Source: Candidatus Saccharimonadota bacterium (GTDB taxonomy: Bacteria; Pseudomonadota; Gammaproteobacteria; Enterobacterales; Enterobacteriaceae). Taken from it: a stretch of 32,000 bases of DNA. Of this stretch, positions 1 to 9,945 are shown one piece after another (position 1 is the stretch's first letter; each line of letters begins with the position of its first letter). Position numbers and translations under genes: made by a program. The notes under the pieces were generated by a model. It saw nothing but the letters and a program-made list of their open reading frames with translations. It was not told the DNA's origin and made no database searches. The stretch covers positions 210,001-242,000 of the forward strand of contig CP145874.1 of NCBI GenBank assembly GCA_041942055.1. Reading direction: 5' to 3'.

Positions 1-404
1 ATATAGAAGCTGGAAATCCTATTATTGATGAAATGAATTGTTGTAAATTTCTTCCCCAAGCTGCTAATATGGATCTTATTGGAGCTATCAATTTTAATAA
101 AGGATGTTATTTAGGACAAGAAATAATATCATGTGCTAAATTTCGTGGAATTAATAAATATGCTCTTTATTGGTTAATCGGAAAATTAAATAAAATTCCT
201 AATACTACATGTATAAATATCATCCAATTAAATAGTAATAAAAATTATACATATTCCGCTCATATACTAGCTATTTGTCGTATGAGAAATAATGAGATTT
301 GGATCCAAGCAATTATAAGCAAAGAGCTTTCATATCAGAGCAAATTTCGTATGGTTGGTGATGATGAAAGTGAATTGTATATTCGTCCAATATCTTATGA
401 ATAA
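1..404 (+). CDS. ygfZ: Folate-binding Fe-S cluster repair protein YgfZ, C-terminal part (5' end outside window; reading frame 3 is open from position 3)
   Basis: The frame is open from the window edge (IEAGNPIIDEMNCCKF...). It contains the YgfZ signature KGCYLGQEIISCAKFRG (E. coli KGCYTGQEMVARAKFRG). Stop at 402-404. Confidence 0.85.
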   Translation, partial: IEAGNPIIDEMNCCKFLPQAANMDLIGAINFNKGCYLGQEIISCAKFRGINKYALYWLIGKLNKIPNTTCINIIQLNSNKNYTYSAHILAICRMRNNEIWIQAIISKELSYQSKFRMVGDDESELYIRPISYE

Positions 405-428
405 GAGGATTATTATTTTAATTTATAA

Positions 429-1094
429 TTATGGTTTTTTTAAGGTTGTAATACCGGAATTAGTTGCAATTAAAGCTATATCTGCACTACGAATAGTAAA
501 TAATCCTACAGTTACTACCCCTACAATCATACTAAGTTTTTTTTCTATTTCGATGGGTTCAATTATAGATGTATGATATATATCAATAATCACATTACCA
601 TTTTCTGTTATTACACCACTTCTATATTTTGGTAAAGCACCAAATTTTACTATTTGACGAGCAACGTATGCTCTTGCCATAGGTATGACTTCTAATGGTA
701 TAGGAGAATTTTTACCTAATACTCTTACATATTTTGATTCATCAGCAATACAAATAAAATACTTTGACATTGCAGCAATCACTTTTTCTTGCGTTAGAGC
801 ACCTCCTTTTCCTTTAATCATTTGTAATTGATCATTAATTTCATCTGCACTATCTATATATAAAGATAATGAGTCTATATGGTTAGAATTAATCACTGGA
901 ATTCCACATCTTTTTAATTTTAACGAGGTCTCTTGTGAGCTAGATACTGCTCCGATTATTTTAGATTTAATGGTTTCTAAAACCTCAATAAAATTATTTA
1001 CAGTAGTTCCAGATCCTACGCCAATAATTGTATCATGCTCTATATATTGTAGAGCGGCTCTCGCAGCATGTTTTTTTAAGTCCTCATTATTCAT
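429..1094 (-). CDS. rpiA: Ribose-5-phosphate isomerase A
   Basis: 221 aa, full-length collinear with E. coli RpiA (219 aa). Motifs GVGSGTT, DSADE and KGKGGALTQEK are present. Confidence 0.95.
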   Translation of the reverse strand: MNNEDLKKHAARAALQYIEHDTIIGVGSGTTVNNFIEVLETIKSKIIGAVSSSQETSLKLKRCGIPVINSNHIDSLSLYIDSADEINDQLQMIKGKGGALTQEKVIAAMSKYFICIADESKYVRVLGKNSPIPLEVIPMARAYVARQIVKFGALPKYRSGVITENGNVIIDIYHTSIIEPIEIEKKLSMIVGVVTVGLFTIRSADIALIATNSGITTLKKP

Positions 1095-1107
1095 AAAATA
1101 TCCAAGG

Positions 1108-1911
1108 TTATTTATAAAATTTATTAAGAGCTTCTTGAAAATGCTCTAGTAAATCCCAGTACACATTTTGTAAATCATTACCTTTACTCCACCATCGAAC
1201 TATCAAATTTAAAGAAGATACTCCTATTTCATGTAATTTTATAGTGATTTCTCGTTCTTTTATAACACGTTCATCTGCTAACATTATCTCATATAAAATT
1301 TTTTTCAAACTATTAAGATTTGTATTAGGAGCCACTTTGAGTATGATCTCGTTACGACGTATAGGTTCACGAGAATAATTAATAATATTGCCTGCAATCA
1401 CTTTACCATTAGGGATAACTATTGTTTTTCCATCAGCTGAAAGTAATGTAGTGGAAAAAATCTGTATTTGTTGTACTATACCTGTGATACCACCTAGATC
1501 AACGTATTCACCTACACGTAAGGGTCTAAATATTACAAGTAATACTCCTGCCGCCAAATTTGAAAGAGATCCTTGTAATGCTAAACCTACAGCCAAACCG
1601 GCTGCACCTAAAACGGTAATAATAGATGCGGTTTGTACCCCAACACGATTCAGTGCTGCAGTAACTGCAAAAGTTATAATGCTATATCGTAATAGCATAG
1701 ACAAAAAGTCTGCTACAGTAATATCTAAATGTCTAGCTAAAAAAATTTTATTAATATTTTTTGCAATATAATTGGCAAGACTCATTCCAATACATATAAT
1801 TGCTATAGCAGATATTATATTTTTTATATAACTTAATAATAATGAATGATTCTGTATCATCCAATTACATGCATTTTGTATAATATTTATTACATCATTA
1901 GTAATTTCCAT
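1108..1911 (-). CDS. mscS: Small-conductance mechanosensitive channel MscS (YggB), about 20 aa shorter at the C-terminus than E. coli
   Basis: 267 aa. The pore-helix region ...VGVQTASIITVLGAAGLAVGLALQGSLSNLAAGVLLVIFRP... is near-identical to E. coli MscS. It sits next to fbaA-pgk as in E. coli. Confidence 0.93.
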   Translation of the reverse strand: MEITNDVINIIQNACNWMIQNHSLLLSYIKNIISAIAIICIGMSLANYIAKNINKIFLARHLDITVADFLSMLLRYSIITFAVTAALNRVGVQTASIITVLGAAGLAVGLALQGSLSNLAAGVLLVIFRPLRVGEYVDLGGITGIVQQIQIFSTTLLSADGKTIVIPNGKVIAGNIINYSREPIRRNEIILKVAPNTNLNSLKKILYEIMLADERVIKEREITIKLHEIGVSSLNLIVRWWSKGNDLQNVYWDLLEHFQEALNKFYK

Positions 1912-1960
1912 ATAATTTTATACATAAAAGTTTATGAATAATAAATAAGCTAAAGTATAA

Positions 1961-3049
1961 TTAAAATAAATTCACAGCATTTAGTTGTAAAAAAGTTTGT
2001 TCTAAACGTTGACACATACTTAATTGACCTGCACGTAACCAATTTCGGGGATCATAAAATTTTTTATTGGGTTTATCAATTCCTTCCGGATTACCCAATT
2101 GACTATGTAAAAAGGCGCTATTATCTTGGTAATATTTTAACACTCCATTCCAAGTAGCCCATTGTATATCTGTATCCAGATTGATTTTAACGACACCATA
2201 ATTTATAGATTCTTGAATTTCTTCAAGTGTAGAACCAGACCCTCCATGAAAAACGAAATCTAAGGGATTATGAGGTAAAATATGTTTTTTACTTACAAAG
2301 TTTTGAGAATTTTTCAGGATTATTGGCATTAGCTTGATATTTCCCGGTTTATAAACTCCATGTACATTACCAAAAGAAGCTGCTATAGTAAATTGTGAAC
2401 TAATAGAACTAAGTTTTTCGTAGCAATAATTCACATCTTCTGGTTGGGTATATAATAAAGTATTTTCTAAATGCATATTATTTATTCCATCTTCTTCACC
2501 CCCAGTACAACCTAATTCTACTTCAATACTCATACCTATTTTAGACATAATAGATAAATAATAACAACTAATTGAAATATTGTCTTCCAGAGGTTCTTGA
2601 GAAAGATCAAGCATATGAGAAGAAAATAGAGTTTTACCCGTAGATGATAAGTGTTCTTTTCCTACTTTTAATAAACCATCCAACCATGGTAAAATATTTT
2701 TTGAGCAGTGATCTGTATGTAATATCACCGGAACTCCATAATATTTAGCCATTTGATGCACATGTTTTGCACCTGATATTGAACCTAAAATTGCTGCTTG
2801 ATGTGATTGATTATTTTGACATTTATCAAAACCTTTACCTGCAATAAAAGAAGCACCACTATAAGAAAATTGAATTATTACTGGAGCTTTAACTTGTGCA
2901 GCTGTTTCAAGAACAGCATTAATAGAATCAGTTCCAATACAATTAACTGCTGGCAAAGCAAAATGATTTTTTTTGGCTAAGTTAAATATAAGTTGTATTT
3001 TTTTGCCTGTAATGACTCCAGGTTTTACCCAATCCAAAATTTTAGACAT
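1961..3049 (-). CDS. fbaA: Fructose-bisphosphate aldolase, class II
   Basis: 362 aa, collinear with E. coli FbaA (MSKI.D.VKPGVITG..., HTDHC, ELGCTGGEEDG, FHGGSGS). Its start is 3 nt downstream of the pgk stop. Confidence 0.97.
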   Translation of the reverse strand: MSKILDWVKPGVITGKKIQLIFNLAKKNHFALPAVNCIGTDSINAVLETAAQVKAPVIIQFSYSGASFIAGKGFDKCQNNQSHQAAILGSISGAKHVHQMAKYYGVPVILHTDHCSKNILPWLDGLLKVGKEHLSSTGKTLFSSHMLDLSQEPLEDNISISCYYLSIMSKIGMSIEVELGCTGGEEDGINNMHLENTLLYTQPEDVNYCYEKLSSISSQFTIAASFGNVHGVYKPGNIKLMPIILKNSQNFVSKKHILPHNPLDFVFHGGSGSTLEEIQESINYGVVKINLDTDIQWATWNGVLKYYQDNSAFLHSQLGNPEGIDKPNKKFYDPRNWLRAGQLSMCQRLEQTFLQLNAVNLF

Positions 3050-3052
3050 ATT

Positions 3053-4240
3053 CTAAGACATCCTATCTCTTCTAAGATTACCAGAATGTTGTGCACGTTC
3101 TTTTAGTATCACTAAAGATGGTAATTCTTTACCTTCCACAAAAGCTAAAAAAGCAGCTCCACCCGTAGATAAATATGAAATTTGATTTTTTAAACCAAAA
3201 AGTTCTAGAGCAGCAATAGTATCACCTCCTCCAACAATAGAAAATATCTTACTATTTACAATGGCTTTTGCAATAGTTTCAGTTCCTTTTCTAAAATTAG
3301 GAAATTCAAAAACACCAACTGGTCCATTCCAAAGCACAGTTTTAGCTTCTTTAAGTAAATTTGCCATTAATTTTGCTGTACTATCACCAAAGTCCATAAT
3401 TTCTTCATCATCTTCTATATCTGAAACCTTCTTTACAATTGCTTTAGCAGTTTCAGTAAATTCTTTACCAACACGAACATCTATAGGCATAGCAATATTA
3501 TAAGTATCTCGAAGAATTTTGGCTGCTGCGACAAAATCAGGTTCATAAAGAGATTGACCAATTTTATTATCAATTGCTACAAAAGTATTAGCTATTCCAC
3601 CTCCTACAATTACTTTATCTGCTACTTTAGCAAGAGACGTTAATATATCAAATTTTGTAGATACTTTCGAACCTCCTAAGACTGCAATCATAGGTCTTTG
3701 GGGATTGTTTATAGCTTTACTTAAAGAGTTTAACTCGGCAACTAAAAGTGGTCCTGCACAAGCAACCGGAGCAAATTTACTTACTCCATACGTTGAAGCA
3801 TGACTACGATGACATGTAGCAAAGGCATCCATTACAAAAATATCGCATAACGCAGCATATTTTTTAGCTAGTTTTTCATCGTTTTTTTTTTCTCCTTTAT
3901 TAAATCTAACATTTTCTAGTATAACTACTTCATTTTTTGTAAGACTTATTCCTTCAAGATAATTTCTTTCAAAACGAATAGAATTAATGTACTTTTTCAA
4001 TACCTTTGTTACAGGTAAAAGAGAAAAATCTGCATTATATTCACCTTCTATAGGTCTTCCAAAATGAGAAATAATCATAATAAATGCACCTTTTTTTCTA
4101 GCTAAATCAATTGTAGGTAAAATTGCACGAATACGCGCTTCAGATATTACAAGCCCATTTTTCATTGGAACATTTAAATCTACTCTAATAAGAACTCTTT
4201 TATCTGTTAGGTCTAAATCAGTCATCTTAATTATCGACAT
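3053..4240 (-). CDS. pgk: Phosphoglycerate kinase (short C-terminal extension relative to E. coli)
   Basis: 395 aa. Starts [23 protein letters not shown] and is collinear with E. coli Pgk (387 aa) to ...VEGKELP..L.ERA, followed by extra residues [11 protein letters not shown]. Confidence 0.97.
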   Translation of the reverse strand: MSIIKMTDLDLTDKRVLIRVDLNVPMKNGLVISEARIRAILPTIDLARKKGAFIMIISHFGRPIEGEYNADFSLLPVTKVLKKYINSIRFERNYLEGISLTKNEVVILENVRFNKGEKKNDEKLAKKYAALCDIFVMDAFATCHRSHASTYGVSKFAPVACAGPLLVAELNSLSKAINNPQRPMIAVLGGSKVSTKFDILTSLAKVADKVIVGGGIANTFVAIDNKIGQSLYEPDFVAAAKILRDTYNIAMPIDVRVGKEFTETAKAIVKKVSDIEDDEEIMDFGDSTAKLMANLLKEAKTVLWNGPVGVFEFPNFRKGTETIAKAIVNSKIFSIVGGGDTIAALELFGLKNQISYLSTGGAAFLAFVEGKELPSLVILKERAQHSGNLRRDRMS

Positions 4241-4478
4241 AATGTATCTATCCTCTAATACATTTGTATTTTATGGAAAATTAGCACTTATAAAAAATTT
4301 GTTTATGATTCCAGTGATAGATTATTTTTATCAAAAGATATTTACTCTTATGAAACTGACATAATTAACACGTTAATAACGTGGATCTTATTCAAGAAGA
4401 AGACTACGAAATTAATCAAACCATTCGAAATATTAATAATAACTTATAATAAAAACTCTCCAACCACACGGATTTTTT

Positions 4479-6485
4479 CTATATTAAAATTTTTTTAATT
4501 TCACTAATAATATTTTCAACATTAAAACCAAACTGATGAAAAAGTTCTTTCGCTGTACCAGATTTTCCAAAACTATGCATACCTATGATAGTTCCATTAC
4601 TACCAACATATTTATGCCAAAAATCAGCAATTCCAGCTTCAATTGCAATACGTGCCTTTATTTTGGTAGGTAATACACTTTCACGATATTCCAGATCCTG
4701 TTGATCAAATACATCTGTACAAGGCATTGAAACTACACGCACTAGATATCCTTCAGAAGTTAATTGTTCATAAGCCATAGTAGCCAATTCTACTTCTGAA
4801 CCGGTTGCAATAATAATAACTTGCGGTTCTTTAATGGAACTTTTTAAGATATATGCGCCACGCGCAATATTATTTAATTGCTCGTCAGAGCGATCTTCTT
4901 GTTTTAGAACTTGACGAGATAATATCAAAGCTGTAGGACCATGATTACGATCAATTGCATGTTTCCATGCTATTGTAGTTTCTACTGAATCACAAGGACG
5001 CCATGTACTCAGATTGGGTGTTAAACGTAAAATAGCTAATTGTTCTACAGGCTGATGAGTAGGTCCATCTTCACCTACTCCAATAGAGTCATGAGTATAA
5101 ATAAAAATTTGATGGATTTTCATTAATGCTGCCATTCGTATAGCATTACGAGCATATTCTGAAAATATTAAAAATGTAGCGGTATAAGGTAAAAATTTTC
5201 CATATAAAGCTATTCCATTAGCAATAGCAGTCATACCAAATTCTCGTACTCCATAATGGATATAATTTCCTTTAGGATTATTGTAAATACATTTATAACC
5301 TGACCAACTGGTAAAATTACTAGGTGTTAAGTCTGCTGACCCTCCAAAAAGTTCAGGTAATCTCTTCCCAAAAAATTCTAAGGAATTTTGTGATGCTTTA
5401 CGAGTAGCTATGTTTGAAGGATGTTTTTGCAAATATTTTATCAATAATTTTACTTCCATATCAAGATTACTCGGTAATATTTTATATTGTCTACGTATCA
5501 ATTCATTGGCTAATTTAGGAAAGGCACGTTTATATTCTATAAATTTATTATTCCAATTGTATTCTTTTTGTTTTCCTAATTCTCTTGCATCCCATTGTAA
5601 GTAAATTTCTTTAGGAATTACAAATGGTAAATAATTCCAACCTAAGTTTTTACGGGTTGCTCTTATTTCCTCTTCTCCTAGTGGAGTCCCATGGATTTCA
5701 GATGTATCTGACTTATTTGGAGAACCAAAACCAATAATAGTTTTACATATCAAAAGAGATGGTTTAAATAGATGTTGTTTGGCTTCTTTTATAGCTCTAT
5801 TAATAGATTCAGCATTGTGACCATCTATATCTTGGATAACATGCCAGCCGTAAGATTCAAAACGTTTTGCTGTATCATCAGTTAACCATTTATCTGTCTT
5901 TCCATCAATGGAAATATTATTTTTATCATAAAATGTAATTAATTTGCCTAATTTTAAAGTACCTGCCAGTGAACATACCTCGTGTGATATGCCTTCCATG
6001 ATACAACCATCTCCTATAAAAACATAAGTATAATGATCAATTATAATATGTTGAGATTGGTTAAATTGTGATGATAAAGTACGTTCTGCTATAGCCATTC
6101 CTACTGCATTAGCTAGTCCTTGACCAAGAGGACCAGTAGTAGTTTCTACACCAGGTGTATGAGTAACTTCAGGATGACCGGGTGTTTTTGAGTTTAATTG
6201 TCGGAAATTCTTGAGGTCATTTATGGATACATCATATCCCGTTAGATGTAAAAGGCTATAAAGTAATAATGATCCATGACCATTGGATAATATAAAACGA
6301 TCCCGATTGATCCATCCTGGATTACTAGGATTGTGATTTAGATGATCACGCCATAACACTTCAGCAATATCTGCCATTCCCATTGGCATTCCTGGATGAC
6401 CTGACTGTGCTCTTTGTATAGCATCTATAGTTAATATACGAATAACATTCGCTAGATCTTTACGTGAAAAAAAATTTTTTTCCAT
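4479..6485 (-). CDS. tktA: Transketolase
   Basis: 668 aa. ThDP motifs are present ([29 protein letters not shown]). Called tktA rather than tktB only from its position near pgk/metK. Confidence 0.95.
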   Translation of the reverse strand: MEKNFFSRKDLANVIRILTIDAIQRAQSGHPGMPMGMADIAEVLWRDHLNHNPSNPGWINRDRFILSNGHGSLLLYSLLHLTGYDVSINDLKNFRQLNSKTPGHPEVTHTPGVETTTGPLGQGLANAVGMAIAERTLSSQFNQSQHIIIDHYTYVFIGDGCIMEGISHEVCSLAGTLKLGKLITFYDKNNISIDGKTDKWLTDDTAKRFESYGWHVIQDIDGHNAESINRAIKEAKQHLFKPSLLICKTIIGFGSPNKSDTSEIHGTPLGEEEIRATRKNLGWNYLPFVIPKEIYLQWDARELGKQKEYNWNNKFIEYKRAFPKLANELIRRQYKILPSNLDMEVKLLIKYLQKHPSNIATRKASQNSLEFFGKRLPELFGGSADLTPSNFTSWSGYKCIYNNPKGNYIHYGVREFGMTAIANGIALYGKFLPYTATFLIFSEYARNAIRMAALMKIHQIFIYTHDSIGVGEDGPTHQPVEQLAILRLTPNLSTWRPCDSVETTIAWKHAIDRNHGPTALILSRQVLKQEDRSDEQLNNIARGAYILKSSIKEPQVIIIATGSEVELATMAYEQLTSEGYLVRVVSMPCTDVFDQQDLEYRESVLPTKIKARIAIEAGIADFWHKYVGSNGTIIGMHSFGKSGTAKELFHQFGFNVENIISEIKKILI

Positions 6486-6861
6486 TAAATTTTTATAAAA
6501 TTATTAATAATCAAACGTTATTATATACTAAGTATATAGTCTAGGCATTACATTTAATTTATACTTTTTATATGTCCTTTAAATTCACTAAAAGATTTTC
6601 AATTATTAATAATTCTTATATCAGATTTTTTTATCAAATCATTGTTATCGGATCTATATTCTTGTAAGAATTATTATTCTTGATTTTTACAACTTGTATC
6701 AAATAATTATTCTGATAATTACTTACAATAAATATATTAATTGTAACCAACAACTACGTTGATTATTTCAACGTATTCAATTTAAATAATCAATCTCAAA
6801 TCTTAGTTAGATTAAGAATAACAAAATTTTTGATTAATTGATTTTTATTAAATTAATTCGA

Positions 6862-7278
6862 TTATAGTTGTAATAAACAACTTTCTAAAATTAGAACAGC
6901 AGCAAGTGAATCTATGTTGCTTTTCTTTAACCCTCGATAACCACGATGAATGAATAATTGATTTTTAGCTTCAACTGTAGTCAAACGTTCATCATATAAA
7001 TCAACTGGAATAGTAAATAAATTATAGAGATTTTTTGCAAAAAATCGTGTTTGTATAGTTAATAATTGTTCTGAACCATCCATATTAATGGGTAATCCAA
7101 TAATAATTTTATTGGGACACCATTCTGAGATGATTTTTTTTATTTTCATCCAATCAGGTATACCTTTATTTACTTTAATTGAGGGTAATAAGGGACTAGC
7201 TGTTTTAGTTAAGGTTTGACCGACTGCAACACCAATATATCGAGTTCCAAAATCCAAACCTAATAATATTTTTGACAT
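6862..7278 (-). CDS. ruvX: Putative pre-16S rRNA nuclease / Holliday-junction-resolvase-like protein YqgF (RuvX)
   Basis: 138 aa. N-terminal LGLDFGTRYIGVAVG and the DERLTT motif are typical of YqgF. It lies directly downstream of gshB as in enterobacteria. Confidence 0.9.
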   Translation of the reverse strand: MSKILLGLDFGTRYIGVAVGQTLTKTASPLLPSIKVNKGIPDWMKIKKIISEWCPNKIIIGLPINMDGSEQLLTIQTRFFAKNLYNLFTIPVDLYDERLTTVEAKNQLFIHRGYRGLKKSNIDSLAAVLILESCLLQL

Positions 7279-7297
7279 AAATATAGATTTTTTTCAA

Positions 7298-8242
7298 TTA
7301 ATTTAGATGTTTTTCTATCATATTCATTAATATCGAAGTAATACCAATGGGTTTTTCTTTTTCAATTTCTTGTACGCAAGTTGGACTTGTAATATTTATT
7401 TCAGTTAATTTATCACCGATAATATCTAAACCTACAAATAATAATCCTCTCTCTTGAAGAAAAGGACTGATTAGTTGAGCAATTTCCCTATCTTTGACAG
7501 ACAAAGATTGAACTTTTGCATGACCGCCAACTGCTAAATTACCACGTGTCTCTCCTAATCTTGGTATTCTTGCCAAACAGTAAGGAATAATTTCTCCATC
7601 TATTACGAATACACGTTTATCTCCTTCATTAATCTCGGGAATAAAAACTTGTGCCATACAAAAACGTTTTCCATAATTTGTAAGAGTTTCAATGATGACA
7701 AAAATATTTGGATCATGTTTTTTAATTCTAAAAATTGAAGAGCCACCCATATTATCCAATGGTTTCAAGATAATATCACCATGTTTATGCAAAAAATTAT
7801 ATATTTGTTGTATATTTTTAGTGATTAAAGAATCCGGAATGATTTTAGGAAAGTAAGTAATGAACATTTTTTCATTGTAATCACGTAAACTTTTTGGTTT
7901 ATTTATGATAAGAGTACCTTTTTTTTCAGCACGTTCTAAAATATAGGTAGAATATATAAAGTCTATATTAAGAGGAGGATCTTTTCTCATTAAAATCACA
8001 TTTAATTCATCTAGTTTAATAACTAGTTCATTTCCTAATAAATACCAAGGATTTTTTTCTTTTTCAATACGTAAGGTTTTAGTACGTGCGTATGCTACTT
8101 CATTAGACAAATATAAATCTTTTATTTCCATGTAGAATATTTCATAATTACGTTTTTGAGCTTCTAATATAATAGCTAGACTAGTGTCTTTATTAATATC
8201 TAATGTTTCAACGGGATCCATTATTATACCTAATTTCATCAT
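7298..8242 (-). CDS. gshB: Glutathione synthetase
   Basis: 314 aa, collinear with E. coli GshB (MIKLGIVMDP..., ILMRKDPP, YILERAE.KGTL, GLDIIGD.LTEIN.TSPTC). An AGGA Shine-Dalgarno lies upstream. Confidence 0.96.
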   Translation of the reverse strand: MMKLGIIMDPVETLDINKDTSLAIILEAQKRNYEIFYMEIKDLYLSNEVAYARTKTLRIEKEKNPWYLLGNELVIKLDELNVILMRKDPPLNIDFIYSTYILERAEKKGTLIINKPKSLRDYNEKMFITYFPKIIPDSLITKNIQQIYNFLHKHGDIILKPLDNMGGSSIFRIKKHDPNIFVIIETLTNYGKRFCMAQVFIPEINEGDKRVFVIDGEIIPYCLARIPRLGETRGNLAVGGHAKVQSLSVKDREIAQLISPFLQERGLLFVGLDIIGDKLTEINITSPTCVQEIEKEKPIGITSILMNMIEKHLN

Positions 8243-8544
8243 ATTATTTCCTGAACGAAAATTACCTCAATATCCATCCTAAATTATTTTTTATGATCTC
8301 TTATATTTTTTATCAATACAATTTTTTTTACATGCAGCTCTAACGATATTTTTAATATAATTTTTACTTTACTTAGTAAGTTTACTACACAACGTTCATA
8401 AAATATAAAATAAATCATTACACTAATTATGCGGTTTTTTTTTGGATAACAACCTTTCGTTCACTACAGTCAATGACTGGTTATCAGTGTTGTAAATAAA
8501 TAGATGATTCACAATTGATTTTATATAAGGAACGTGTACTTTTT

Positions 8545-9696
8545 CTAGATATTAGTGGCTTCTCTTAATATACTAACTTTATCTATTTTCTCCCAAGGGA
8601 AGTGAGATCTTCCAAAATGTCCATAAGTAGCTGTTTCTTGATATATAGGATGTAGTAAATCCAACATACGAATTATTCCATAAGGACGAAGATCAAAAAA
8701 CTGTCGGATTAATGATGTTAATTGCTTATGAGTGGTTTTGCCAGTTCCAAAAGTTTCAACCATAATAGATGTTGGTTCTGCAATTCCTATTGCATATGAT
8801 AGTTGAATTTCACATCGATCAGCTAGTCCAGCAGCAACAATATTTTTTGCAACATAACGAGCTGCGTAAGAGGCAGATCTATCAACCTTAGAAGGATCCT
8901 TTCCTGAAAAAGCACCACCTCCATGACGTGCCATTCCTCCATAAGTATCTACAATAATTTTTCGCCCAGTTAAACCACAGTCACCCATAGGTCCACCAAT
9001 GACAAATCTACCAGTAGGATTAATAAAATATTTAGTATATTTATTTAACCACTTTGAAGGTAATACTGGTTTAATAATTTCTTCCATAACAGCTTCTCGT
9101 AGTTGATTAGCTGTAATTTCTTCACTATGTTGCGTTGATAATACAATAGTATCTAATCCAATAATTTTTCCACAATTATACCTAAATGTAACTTGAGTTT
9201 TAGCATCCGGTCTTAACCATGGAAGTATAGATTTTTTACGTACTTCAGATTGACGTTTCATTAACCTATGTGCATACATTAATGGAGCTGGCATAAATAC
9301 TTCAGTCTCATTAGTTGCATATCCAAACATTAATCCTTGATCACCAGCTCCTTGTTCTAATAAAATAGGTCGATCAATTCCGGTTTGAATATCTGTAGAT
9401 TGTTTACCAAGAGTATTGAGAACTGCACATGAATTTGCATCAAAACCCATATTGGAATGTATATATCCAATATTTTTAATTGTGTTACGTACTATATTTT
9501 CTATATCAATCCATGCAGTAGTGCTAATTTCTCCACCAACTAAAACCATACCTGTTTTAATGAAAGTTTCACATGCAACACGTGCATTTAAATCTTTCTC
9601 TAATAGAGAATCTAATATAGCATCAGATATCTGATCGGCAATTTTATCCGGATGTCCTTCTGAAACTGATTCAGAAGTAAAAAGATATTCAGTCAT
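8545..9696 (-). CDS. metK: S-adenosylmethionine synthetase
   Basis: 383 aa, highly conserved ([42 protein letters not shown]). Confidence 0.98.
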   Translation of the reverse strand: MTEYLFTSESVSEGHPDKIADQISDAILDSLLEKDLNARVACETFIKTGMVLVGGEISTTAWIDIENIVRNTIKNIGYIHSNMGFDANSCAVLNTLGKQSTDIQTGIDRPILLEQGAGDQGLMFGYATNETEVFMPAPLMYAHRLMKRQSEVRKKSILPWLRPDAKTQVTFRYNCGKIIGLDTIVLSTQHSEEITANQLREAVMEEIIKPVLPSKWLNKYTKYFINPTGRFVIGGPMGDCGLTGRKIIVDTYGGMARHGGGAFSGKDPSKVDRSASYAARYVAKNIVAAGLADRCEIQLSYAIGIAEPTSIMVETFGTGKTTHKQLTSLIRQFFDLRPYGIIRMLDLLHPIYQETATYGHFGRSHFPWEKIDKVSILREATNI

Positions 9697-9774
9697 TTTT
9701 TTTATTTATCCTTAATTCAAAGATTATTTTGAAGATTAGGTTAGTAGTACTACTTATTAAAAAATTTTTATTTA

Positions 9775-9806
9775 CCCCTTGATGATATGAAAAAAAACCC
9801 CACTTA
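9775..9806 (+). promoter_or_regulatory. Sigma-32 (RpoH) heat-shock promoter, orthologue of E. coli dnaK P1
   Basis: -35 CCCCTTGAT (9775-9783), 14-nt spacer, -10 CCCCACTTA (9798-9806). Consensus is CCCTTGAA-N13-15-CCCCATNTA. The flanking text aaaaaattttt...ccccttgatga...ccccaNtta parallels what I recall of E. coli dnaK P1. It lies about 140 nt upstream of the dnaK ATG. The C-rich -10 is conspicuous in AT-rich DNA. Confidence 0.8.
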
Positions 9807-9945
9807 AAGCTAATCTTATCTGAATTAATGAACTAATACAATTAAACCGGATGGGTACTTTTTTGCAGAAGGAATTTACATGTAAAGAAGAATTTACTAT
9901 AAAAATGCTAACCAAATTCAAGAATAATATTATGGAGACGTTTCG

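Noticed and set aside
1134-1160. A second sigma-32-like string, CTTGAA-N15-CCCAGT, on the plus strand.
   Set aside because: It lies inside the 3' end of mscS and antisense to it, with no plus-strand gene downstream. The -10 lacks the CCCCAT/CCCAC core and the spacer is long. I treat it as chance.
4369-4383. Short palindromes in spacers: CACGTTA-a-TAACGTG (4369-4383, upstream of pgk), AGTAGTACTACT (9743-9754, upstream of metK), CTAACT-t-AGTTAG (17824-17836), TATCTCT-tt-AGAGATA (22655-22670, upstream of yggX) and ATACTA-g-TAGTAT (25239-25251).
   Set aside because: My rough estimate for this base composition is that several palindromes with 6-7 bp arms are expected per 32 kb for each spacer length. 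They share no common motif, and I cannot tie them to any regulator known to be present. They are not excluded as operator sites, but they are not distinguishable from chance.
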